Assembly (NCBI RefSeq): GCF_964355755.1
Contig: NC_092672.1
Location: forward strand, 10,602,001 to 10,666,000
Length of the DNA stretch: 64,000 bases
Origin: Antedon mediterranea
Lineage: Eukaryota; Animalia; Echinodermata
Direction: 5' to 3'
Part shown: piece by piece, positions 11,647-23,900 of the stretch
Layout: every line of letters begins with the position of its first letter
How positions within the stretch are numbered: position 1 is the stretch's first letter
Notes under the pieces: generated by a model
What the model was told of the DNA's origin: nothing
Database searches by the model: none
Seen by the model: only the letters and a program-made list of their open reading frames with translations
Translations under genes and position numbers: made by a program

Positions 11647-12978
11647 CTAAAAAGGAAATTAAACGATTATGATATCAAAATTATTTGATTTATAAATGAA
11701 TAATTGATGTATAAAATATAACTTAACTAATTATTTGTATTATTTCTATCTTACCGCAAGAAACCTTACAATGTCTGTGTTTAGTGGTATTTCTCTTTAG
11801 ATTTTTAATTTCAAGAAAAATTCAAGCATGGGTTTATTACTTATGCGTAATTACCGTAGGCATAAGATGGCCGTATAAATCATTAATTCTTTATTAAGCT
11901 GTGTTGCCAAGATGTCCTTTATCCGTGACACTGTGCGAGCTTATGCGTAATCCGGATTAGCCTATCGTTTTCAGAGTTATGTAAAAATTGTGAATTTTAA
12001 TTAATTATGATAACAATAACAGGTGCAGAATTAATAAAAACATGAACTTATAATAATAATAATGATAATATATGCATACAGTATTTAATATAAATAATAT
12101 TATTAATTATTATGATTCAAATTTCAATTACTGTACTGTATTCTCGGAGAATTCGCCCTGGTTTCTTTTTTTTTTATTATCGTTTCCCCGACTTTTCCAG
12201 TTATTCTCGCCTTTTTAAATTTTGTATTTTGTTTGTGTATTTTCACTGATTATATGTGTGTCCGTTTTATTAAAATGTTGATGACAATGTTGATGACGAT
12301 GATGTTGATGATGATGGAGTTGAAGATGATGTTGATAACGATGACGATGATGTTAATGATGATGGAGTTGAAGATGATGTCCATGATGTTGATGACGATG
12401 TTGATGACGATGATGATGTTGATGATGGAGTTGTAGATAATATTGATGATGATGATGATGTTAATGTTGATGACGATGCTGAAGATGATTTTGATGTTGA
12501 TGATGCTGACGATGATGTTGTTGATGATGATGGTGTTGAGGATGATGTTGATGTCGATGTTGATGTTCATGATGATGTTTATGATGATGTTGATGATGAT
12601 GATGATGATGATGACGATGATGTTGATGGTGACGATGATGTTGATGATGTTGATGATGATGATGTCGATATCATGTTGTTGATGGTGATGATGATGATGT
12701 TGATGATGTTGATGATGTTGATGAAAATGATGCTGACAATATTTGGATGATAATTTAAGATGATGGGAATTATGTAAGAATAAGCAAGAGGATGGATATG
12801 TCATTTATAACAAATAAATATAAACAGAGGAGGAAAATCAAAGGACGGGTAACGCTTAACAATATTCTAATGTAATAATACGATGCAATAATTCCGGTAA
12901 AGATAGAAAATAATAGTTATTTTTATGTTGACGAAATTGATTAAACCTATTGAATTTGAATCAAACGCAGAATCTTAC
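11647..12978 (-). other. Putative 5'-UTR intron of the minus-strand GPCR
   Basis: Minus-strand donor CAG|GTAAGAT at 12978 and acceptor TTTCCTTTTTAG at 11647-11648, ~100 nt upstream of the ATG. Confidence 0.45.
12277..12740. repeat. Degenerate (GAT/GTT/GAC)n trinucleotide microsatellite
   Basis: Long GATGAT/GTTGAT run; source of the poly-M, poly-I and poly-H ORFs. Confidence 0.95.
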
Positions 12979-14938
12979 CTGACTACAGAGAGGAAGCAGT
13001 GAATATCAAACCGTGCTTCTTCGAATTATTTTGTCAAGTAGTTCGTCGAACGAGCATGAACGAGCTCTCGAAATGTTCTCTAGCCGGAGGTTATGTTTTA
13101 TTTGCACGTTCCACGCCTACTCGAACATTTCACACAGTGTCGGTTGCTACCTTGTTGCGATCGGGCATCTGACGTTCACTTGACATTCCTAATTTTATTT
13201 ATTTCTAATTACAATGTGCGTGAAACAGTTTTATTATTAGCAACCAAGTAATGTTGTTTGTGAAAGGCAGCGTAATGAATAAACGTGTGTGATTCCAATT
13301 AACCGATCTCATTCTTTACTTTGATTTGCTCATATCCCGTCAATTTGGAGTAGATCGTATGATGCCCACTGCGAGTCATTATACAACAAAAACTAAGAGC
13401 ATGGCATTGCGTCTAAGAATTGATTATATTGGTTCATCTTTACAATATGCAAATAACGAATAAAAAAATGTATTTAATGAACAATTGAATTATTAAATGT
13501 ATTAATATAAATATTAATTAAAAGTCTGATTAATTCAATCAATAAGCGGATGAGCATAACCTCGACAAAGATTGGTTCTATTCTGTGTTTATTAAGAGAA
13601 AACTCATTTGATTCGGTAACGCGGGTTTCTGCTTTTTCTTTATTTACCGTTACAGCTTCGTGTGTAAATTGGCTTGTGTTGTTTTCCTTAACCAACCTAT
13701 ACATTTATGATTTTGATGGGTAAATTTAGAGTCAGTCAATAGTTATTTATTTATGTATCTTTATTTGGATGATAAGGAGGATATTTTGCCCAATTACGGG
13801 GAACAGTAGGCCGCCTAACATTCGTGCAGCAGCTCATTCGATTTTGTTTTAATGGCGACGACTTCTTGGGAATTCTTCATGTCAGAGTGTACAGTTTAGT
13901 TGTGAGATAGCTGAAAACTGTTTAAAACATCATTGTAAGTTTACAGTTGGTAGGCTTTGCTACAAACTGAAATTAGCTTATTGCTATTGAAATCATATTA
14001 CTGTCAACGTTATTTAAGTGAACAGTTTCTGTAACTGAATCAGAACAATGATCTCTGTAACTCGGTTTGAAACTTATTGATTGTAGAGAGGAAAATATAA
14101 TATGTTAGAGAGGCCTACTCTGTAAGTAATCGTTTTATGAAATAAATAAATAAAATTTAAAATGATTTTTTTTTTCAAAGCGAAGGATTTTGGATCATAT
14201 AAAGTCAAAGTTTTTGATGATGATTTGATAGAGGGCGTATGCAATTTCAAAATGGTCTTAGATGCTCCAGTCGTTGCAGACAACAGCGTCAGTTTTCTAC
14301 ACTACTACTACTCTACTACACGTCTACTTTTATTATAGGATCGATCGATTGTTGTCGTTGGCGGCGGCATGATAATTGTTTACATTTTTATATCTCTGAC
14401 TCTGTCAAATAAATATCAAACACGTCGTTTTGCTATTTTTTGATATGATTAACTACTTGAAATGTGATATTATATTAAATTTGTATAGTGTTTGGAATGC
14501 TAATTAATGTTAATTTTACTAACGTTGCAGTAAATCGTAAACGTAAAATTATTAATAATATAATAATATATAGCTATAGAATAGTCAGACTAAAAAGGTA
14601 GGCCTAGCCGACCTAGGCCTACTAGAGGCTAGGCCCAGGGCCTAGATTAGAATAGAAGAGGCTAGGCCTCCTCTACTAGCTAGCTAGGCCTATATAGGAT
14701 AGCCCGCCGACGAGCCTCAGGCTCTAGTCGGCCCGTAGCTAGCTACTGTTTGTGTAGTACCATGGAGTAAAGTACTATACAGGTAGGCACCCCCTAGTCT
14801 CCACACCTGATCGATGGCCTAGTCCTAGTGGGAATCCGTCCTAGTAGGCCTGACTAAAAGTTTGTCTAGCGTATAAATACCCTTTCTTAAGAAAAATTCA
14901 TTTTTTTTGTTTTGCTTTCTTTATAGAAAATTCAAGGG

Positions 14939-17725
14939 ATGGCGATCCAAATGTTTGTAATCGGTGCAATAATTGTGATAATCTACAAAATATATCAATG
15001 GTGTATGAGTCCGAGGACAGATTCAGCACACAGACAACGCACTGCAGGTGGTGGGATAAACAATCCCCCATCTTATGAAAGTCTGTATCCCAGACTGCCT
15101 GAAAATATCAGTACTTTTGGAAGACTTGGTAAGACGCTCGGTTTGAAAAAATCTGAGTCGTTTATGACAATTGCTGATAGGTTTACAACACAAGAAGAAG
15201 TGGCAGATGCAATTCAACGCGCTGGATTGGAGTCTAGTAATTTAATATTTGGTGAGTATATTCCTAAAGGTGAATATAAATGTAAAAGAACTTTTTTTGT
15301 TTATCAGACATTTTCTTTCTCAATCTGGCTAACTAATAAAGGTTATCCAACTATCGTCACATGAAAATAGAATTTCACCTGTCCTAATGAAATTATTTGT
15401 ACCATTCCACTCATAGTCATAAACATTTATTATTTGTATACTGTATAACATAACATTGTCACAGATGTTTGAATACTTGCAGAATACTAACCAACTGTAT
15501 TTAGTGTTTGAGGTGATTTGAGATATTCCCAGTTTAATGTTTGTATCATTGTCATATTTGTTGTGAATGCAATTGTAATGCATTGTTACTTTAAGTCCTC
15601 TACATTTTAAGTAAATCTGGAATAGATTGAATTGAATTCAGAATAGATTGAATTGAATCCAGAATAGATTGAATTGAATCCGGAATAGATTTAATTGAAT
15701 CCGGAATAGATTTAATTGAATCCGGAATAGATTTAATTGAATCCAGAATAGATTGAATTGAATTCAGAATAGATTGGATTCAATCCAGAATAGATTGGAT
15801 TGAATCTAGAATAGATTGAATTGAATCCCGAATAGATTGAATTGAATCCGGAATAGATTGAATTGAATCTGGAATAGATTTGATTCAATCCAGAATAGAT
15901 TGAATCCAGAATAGATTGAATTGAATCCAGAATAGATTGAATTGAATCATTTTATTTGTAGGTATTGATTATACAAAAAGTAATTTACACCAGGGAAAGA
16001 ACAGCTTTGGTAATCGAAATCTTCACTCAATAGATTATGGTACTTTAAACCCATATCAACAAGTAAGTACAGTTAGCCTCTTCTTTTGGCACAATTGACC
16101 ATACCGCGATAGTCATATTTGGTGTGGAAGAAGGACAGTTGACTGTGCATCAACATCATTGCTTAGAAAAAGATGCACATCCAGAACTCACTAATAGGGC
16201 TACAGACATTTCTTGCCCAATGTTTTAAATACAACACTGGGAACTGTGTAATAACCTCCATATTTTGTGGTGAAAAACTCCTAAATTCCTTGTAGTGATA
16301 TGTGATGCCAATTGTGAACAATCAATTTCTCGTATTTACAGATGAGTTATGATATTAATTTGTATACATATGGGATCCTCCTTTTCTCCATTGTACACCT
16401 ATTCAGCAATAAATACTGTAGCCTACTCAGATGTTCGTTTTATTTTTGATTGTGTAATGGCTTTGGCTTGCCTTATTTCTAAATCTAAGATAAAAGAGAT
16501 TTTAATCCACGGATCACGATAGTACCGTCTTGTTGGGACAGCAAGCAGCATCTTTTTTGTAATTGATGTATTCGGTCCTCTACAATATATCGAATATACT
16601 GACTGTATATAAAGTCGATGCTCCAACAATTTCACATTATCCTATTGTTTGAATATACAAGTTTGTAGTTATCCTTGTCGACCTCATTTCTATCCCTATC
16701 AAACCCTCTCTTGAGCATTTGCTTATTTCTATATTTGTGTATCAACAGGATACTAACTTCTTTATTTCATTCTACTGAACCAGGTCATAAAAATTTTAGG
16801 TTCAACATTAGCATCCTTTGATGATGACGGATACATCCCAGTGTTTGGATTTGGGGATGATTCTACAAAAGACAAGGCTGTCTTTCCTTTCAGATCTGAT
16901 GGCTTATGTCACGGGTTTGAGGATGTCCTGGATTGTTACAATCAAATTACACCTACAGTTAATTTAAGCGGGCCTACAAATTTTGCACCGCTTATAGAAA
17001 AAGCAATCAGTATTGTACGAGAAACGCAATCGGTACGTTTTTTCTTTTTGTGTTACAAATATCTAAAAAATATTGTTTATTCTTAGTTCATTCTTATATA
17101 GTGCATACAAGCAGGTTCTCAATGAAGTTGAGCAGGAATTAACATCTTTAATCAGGAATTAATTTATAGTTACTGTATTAATTTTAAAAGGCAGTTCTAC
17201 TATTTTGGATGCAGAGTAGAACAACTATAGTCAAAAACTTTGGGTGGCAAAAAATTCTCGAATTGTTTACAAAAACCTGAATATGCCTTACAGTCAATTA
17301 GATATCGTAGAACGGATACCAAACTGCACATGCATGCATATTAACCACTCAAATTGCAAGGATACAGTCAGGTGTGTTATATTAAGGGATATCCTACTTT
17401 TATTTATTTACAGTATCACATTCTGGTCATCATAGCAGATGGTCAGGTGACGAGTGAACGACAGACCCGCGACGCCATAGTCCGGGCTACTCAATACCCT
17501 TTATCGATCATTGTGGTGGGTGTAGGTGATGGTCCATGGCGTCATATGCGCGAGTTGGATAATTGCTTGCCAGAAAGAAAATTTGACAACTTTCAGTTTG
17601 TAGACTTTCACAGTGTTATGCAGTATTCTGTATTTCCAGAGCCTGCATTTGCATTAGCGGCATTAATGGAAATTCCAGACCAATACATGTTAATAAGAAA
17701 ACTAGGATTGCTAGATTTCAACTGA
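14939..17725 (+). CDS. Copine-family vWA protein (RGLG-like A domain) with N-terminal TM anchor, ~324 aa; exons 14939-15251, 15962-16062, 16784-17032, 17414-17725
   Basis: GT-AG exons join in frame. Motifs [92 protein letters not shown]. Confidence 0.9.
15616..15948. repeat. 21-bp minisatellite (~16 copies) abutting the splice acceptor of copine coding exon 2
   Basis: GAATAGATTGAATTGAATCCA in tandem. Confidence 0.9.
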
Positions 17726-18135
17726 TATTAATAACATTTTAAACTTATATTTTTATACAATTTTTTAATTTAATTTACTTAATACTGATAAAAACGATTC
17801 ATATTTTAAACTGATATAAAACAAATTATTTACATTATAAATTTTTGCTATTACACGGGTGTTTTTCTTTTATTATTTTATATTAAGTTAATATACAAAC
17901 TAAGGTTGATTAAAAATAAATCAAATTTAAAAAAAATGTACAAATAATTAATGTTTATGAGTGCAATGGTACAAATATAATAATAATCTTTATATAATAT
18001 AGCCATAATGCCATATTGTGGAGTCAAAGAACCATTTAAGTCAGTAAATAAAAAGGATGAAATGTTTCTATTTTTCGACAAATCACTGTACTATACTGTC
18101 CTCCTTTGATACAGGTCATTAACTCATCAATTCAT

Positions 18136-18830
18136 ACCAGTTATGTCAAAAAATAAAAGTGTCGTAATTTGACCATTTCAGTAAAAATCCCTGTACTAAT
18201 ACAACAGGGATTTTTTTTCTCGAAAAATAGCCAAAATATTGACTTTTCAAAATGTATATTGAGGTAATATGTGCAGAACACATTATGTGCATCTGCACCT
18301 GTCAAATTATTATAATAGTAACCAGTTATGTCATAAAATAAAGGTGTCAAAATTTGATCATTTTCATAAAAATCCCTGTACTATAGTACAGGAATTTTTT
18401 TTTTCATAAAAAATCCAAAATAACGACTTTTCAAAATATAAATCATTGAACATGTGTGATTGGACATGTCAAATTATGATATAGTAACCAGTCATTACAA
18501 ACAATTAAAGTGTCCATATTTGCCATTTTTCCCTACAAATACTTGTATTATAGTACAGGGATTTTCCCCCAAAAAATGCTGAAATATCGACTGTTCAAAA
18601 AACATATATATTGAGGTAACATGGCACAGAACACATGTGCATCGCGCATGTCAAATTACTATAATTATAGTAAACAGTTTGTCAAAAAATAAAAGGGTCA
18701 TAATTTGACCATTTCCGTAAAAATCTCTATACTATAGTACAGGGAATTTTTGTTGTGAAAAATAGCCAAAATATCAACTTTTCAAAATATAAATGATTGA
18801 GGTAATATGCGCAGAAAACAATTATGGACC
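18136..18830. repeat. Diverged tandem repeat, ~170-185-bp unit, ~4 copies
   Basis: Units begin ACCAGTTATGTCA.AAAATAAA and contain the hairpin CCCTGTACTATAGTACAGG. Confidence 0.75.
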
Positions 18831-19038
18831 AAGTTTTGTAAAAAAAATAATCAGACTTTTATGCACAGTGATATTTTGTGTTTTCCGTTCCTTCTATAAA
18901 CTTTACATTTAAACCAATGAATATATATATATTTACTTTTTCTTGGACTTTTTCTCATTGTCACATATTTCCTCATCTTTATCGTTTCAAAATAATGAAA
19001 TCACCGGGCTGTGCCTGATGTGTTATATACATTTAGTA

Positions 19039-19336
19039 AGGGCATGTGGCGCTGTGTATTGGACGTTCGACTACTGATTGTGAGATCGAGGTTCGAATCA
19101 AACTCTCGCCGCATTGCTTGTATCCTTAGGCAAGATACTTTACTTACGTTTGCCTCTCTCCAGCCAGTGTATAAATGGGAACCTGGTTAGATCAAGACAC
19201 AACTTTGCGCTGATTACTAGCTGCATTATGGGAGTATTCCATACGTGTTTGATCCAAAATGACTGAGGTAATAATGTTCAGCACTTAGAGGTTTCACAAC
19301 ATTAGGCGCTATATAAATCAAGGATATTATTATTAT
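19039..19336 (+). mobile_element. tRNA-derived SINE with conserved central domain and LINE-like tail
   Basis: A-box TGGCGCTGTG, B-box GGTTCGAATC, core TCCTTAGGCAAGATACTTTAC...TAAATGGGAACC, tail GCGCTATATAAAT..(ATT)n. Confidence 0.8.
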
Positions 19337-19941
19337 ATATGTATATAAATATACCTTGGACTAAAGAAATTCTAAGGAAACAGAAATGATTAAATCCAAA
19401 ATATTTAATACTACTGTGTACTTAATACCAACTCCCATGTAATAATCATATCTTTCAAAAAATATTAGATAAGACAATCATACATTATTAAAAATCAATA
19501 ATAAGGATATTACAAAACAAAAGTATTTCTAGTAAATATAATTATAAACAAATTATATGCGATGATAAAACCTGCAGTTGGTAGTGAATTATCAATTGTG
19601 TATTGTAATAAATAATTTGTTTAAACAAAGTCAAATTGTGTACTAGGTGTTATGCACTATTATTATAAGACAATACTATTACAAAAGACAATTATAAGAT
19701 TCAATACAACAAATAGAAATTAGAAAATTAAAAGTATACAAAATATTAATGCTAATTACAATGTATTATATTTAATGTGCTGTAAGAGTTTTCTGTACAA
19801 TATAGTATTTTCCCTTTACTAATAATAACAAAGTACTTAGATTTTATTATGTACATAATACAGCATAAACCTATGAAAAATAATAGGTTGAACAAATTAT
19901 TTTAAAAATTATCCTTAAGGTAAGAAGATGTCAATTGTGGT

Positions 19942-20030
19942 CCTGTAGCTTGGTGGTTCACACACTTGCTTTCCAATCCTAAGGTCCATGGTTCAATCTT
20001 AACCTAGTGCAATTCTTTTTACTTCACTCC
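19942..20030 (+). mobile_element. Short tRNA-derived SINE; related minus-strand copies at ~22380-22445, ~34300-34460 and ~45070-45220
   Basis: CTGTAGCTTGGTGG...TTCCAATCCTAAGGTCC.TGGTTCAATC head recurs in several diverged copies. Confidence 0.65.
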
Positions 20031-20974
20031 TGCCCTGACTTTACAAGCATGATATACAATTCTATGCTAACTAGAGTATTTGACTGCATCACAGAAGTGA
20101 TTCCCAGTTTGCTTTTAATCGCAAGAGAGAAAAGTTTAAATTGGTTCATATATAAAGCAAATCAAGCTTTAATAAATATTAGGTTTCAGGTATTTTCTCA
20201 ATGTCTTCTATCATTAAAATTCAGAATTGGGCGAAGTGGGTTTGCAAATGAGGAACACAAGTGTAGCTTTTGTACGCGCTAAGGTGGGATTACTTGAGGT
20301 TGCCTTAAACTCTAGGGTTGTCTTACACCCTGTGGTAGGCTTACATTCTAGGGTGGCCTATCACTCAGGGATGGACAATATATGGTTGTCTTTACACTCC
20401 TTGTGTGACCTTATTAGAATGCTGGTATGGTATAATATGATTCTGGTATTGTATACATTTTCAGTGTTCAAGGCTCTGGGTAAATAATCTGTCATCACCA
20501 ATGGAATTATACAAAAAATAAATAATGTATAATACAATTACAAGATACTTTTATGACACTCAAGGAATTAAAGTATATGACTTGGAAAACAAAATATTAT
20601 CTATCTTGCATGTTACCTATAATCTAAGCCCTTTTCTCTTTCAGGACCTTGATAAAATATGTTGTAAATGGACTTTAAGGAAGCTAGGATATTAGTGTAG
20701 AGAGGCAACACTACTGTACATGAGCTCTTGAAACCTATCACTATCTAGGCCTTACACAATTTTGCAGTAGTGCCTCACATACAAATAGGCCTACATCACA
20801 AAACCTTATTGCTTACAAGCTAACATCAGGTAGCAACAAACTGGTATTTGATAATTCAAACAAATTTGAATGTCTCAAACCAGCACAATATAATAAATTT
20901 CATCATTTTAAACCTTCAGCAGTTGTAGATAGGGGTAAAGAATAATTAACTGTATTTGATGAAGTTGATTACGA

Positions 20975-23900
20975 TTATTGGGCTATAACTTCTCCTGAAT
21001 CCTCTTTTCCTTTATATTTTGTCTTCCCATGTGAGAAAGGTAGATATTTATATTTGATCATATGCTGAAATAAAGATAAAGATTAAATAATTGTTAGCAT
21101 GAGACATAATACTGTAGGGAAAATATCTAAATTGATATTTTATGTTTTTACACTTCATGGAACAATCACTTATTTCATAATGTTTTCGTCTAGATTTTGA
21201 CATAATTCTTTAAAAAAGCTCACCCTAATCTGTCTCTTCATTGTTAAAAAGAACAGGATAAAAAAGTACATGACAAGTATAGGCCAGAATACAGGAACGT
21301 TGAAGACCTCAAAGAAAGTACAAAACATTGCAATAATAACAGCTTTAGTTGCAGAATACCTGAAAAACATAAATTAAGAAACATTAATATTAATTTTCTT
21401 TATATTTCATACACCCACACAGGAAAAAATTCACCTATTTACCAAATACTTAATACTGAAATGCTTTATTTGTCAATTGTCAGATTGGCAAATATTAGTA
21501 CTGTATGATAAAAAAAACAGATAAATATAAAATATATAACAAAAATTCATATACAGAGTATACACACAATATTGCACAAAACTTTTTTAAATGCGGTAAC
21601 AATTTAGAAGTTAAAATACGTTAAAAATTAAAACGCTTAAAGATGTATTGTATTTAAATATTTTTTTAAAAGTGGGTCATTTTGAAGTACAGTATCAGTA
21701 ATAGTTAAACTGTCACCACAAATTAGACGAAATAAAATCATTTAACTGAAAGAAATAGAGACAATTTTTTGTTCAAAAAATAAATTTGACTTCAAGTCAA
21801 AGTTTTCGATCAAAACATATCTCATAATGCAACGCGCTTGTTTGGCTACTCTGTATGCATAATCATAAAACTTCCTCGCGATCTGTGTGAAAACACCTCC
21901 TCAACCGTGATGAGTTGTAAACAATCCTAATTAGTATCATGCATAATGCATACTCGTGTTTTGAAACTTTGTTTACTTTCGCTCGTGACGATTTTCCAGA
22001 CGAAATGTAATCAAATTAATTTACATTGTAAATTGTTGTTTTTGGGTCAAATTTTGGACTTGAATAACTTGAATATTACTTTGATATGGCCAATTTCAAT
22101 TTAGAATATTTTTTTTTCCATTTTTTGTGTTTCAAGAGACAATACATCTTTCAGAATTTCAAACTTGATCATAACTTAATAGTTTCATTTACATAGTCTT
22201 AATTACTGTGCAGTATTTTATCGATGGTGAAGTGAATTTATAGTATGGATGGCATTTGCAACAAAAACATATCTTGTTAGTCTTGGTTATTGGAACTTGT
22301 ATTCTAAAATGGATATGATTACTGTATATATCATCATGATTATAAACTAAAAAAAAGTCTCATTTGAGGCTATGAATAGAAAGAGTTGTAAGAGTTAACC
22401 TAGTGCACTATAACAGGATTGAACCCTGGACCACCAAGCTGTACATCTCGTCTAAATTATATAATTGGTTATCCGCCTCAAGCGGATAAGCATTTGTTAT
22501 TGTAGTGTTACTTTTTTTTTTTTTTTATTATTCTTCTTTCTTTCTCAGATTTTGTGCACGCGTTTTCTCTTCAACGTGTTAACATAACATGTTGTAACTT
22601 GGTCAACATTTAGACATTTAACTGAAGATGTTCAGCCAAGCTTTTGGACGCTGTCAGATCCGCGTAGCGTAAGTCACGCGCGATTTTCTGAAAATCTTAA
22701 ATCTGTCATAACTTCGAAACCGATAAATATTTTTTATCGAAATTTTCAGCCACGTTTTCTTCACATCAATGGCTAACTTTTGGAATGTTTAACAAATTTT
22801 TGGAGATTAGAAAGTTTTCGCATAAATTGCGTTTGAAATATTTTACTCTTCTTATTTTGTGCACGCTGTTTCTCTTCAACGTGTAAACATAATATGTTGT
22901 AACTTGTTCAGCATTTAGACATTTTACTGAAGTCGTCCAGCCAAGCTTTTTGACGATGTCAGAGCCGCGTAGCATAAGTTACGCGTGATTTTCTGAAAAT
23001 CTTAAATTGGTTATAACTTCGAAACAAATGAATATTTTTTAACGTCATTTTCAGTCACGTTTGCTTCACATCAATAGTTAACTTTTTTAACGCTACCGCA
23101 ATTTGTAACATTAGAAAGTGCGCGCGTAAACGGCGTTTGAAATTTTAAAATGCTTCAAACCAATTTCTGATTAAATTAGAGCCTGATTCAGGTCATTTTA
23201 AGCGTTTAAAAAATTGCCACTGGTGCGCACATTTTTACGCGCACACGGCGCAGGGAACACGTATTAGCATTTCTTTTACACGATTTGTGTTTTTAAATCT
23301 TCGGTTAACAATTTTACGTTATTTTATTCACTTTTCAACTTGAAATGGCGTTCTACGAGCACGTTAAACATGACAGGTTGCGCACAAAAACGTCAACAAA
23401 TTGTGAAAATGTTGCAAAATATGTCTACTTTTAAAAATGAAACAGTTCATCAGAATGCAAGGTTACCCCCATTTTTTATTTTAATTTCTTGCAGTGTATG
23501 AATCATAGCTCTGATTTATTATAGTCTTGAATGTTAAAAAGTGTTTGGTGGCTACATTATTTGCATATTAAATGTAATTTTTGAAATAATTATCATCAAA
23601 CAAACATAAACATATTCAAAGAGTAAAACAATAAACATAACGTTTATCTTTTTTCTTTACATGTTAATATATAAAACTTGAAAGTATGCACTTTCATAAT
23701 ATGTCACTGTTTAAAATTTGTGAAGATTTCATCATAGTAAAAATTATGATTTAAGTTGATTATGTAATAATCAACTTGCATCGAGGGGGTTCACGACATA
23801 CCGAATGAACGAGGACTCTTTCTTCGGATTTTCTTCAGCAGGTGCTCATATGGCTGGATGTGTAGTGCAACCGACTTTGGAATCAGAGGTACTGGGTTCG

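Noticed and set aside
12233-12804. Poly-Met, poly-Ile and poly-His ORFs
   Set aside because: Translations of a GAT microsatellite
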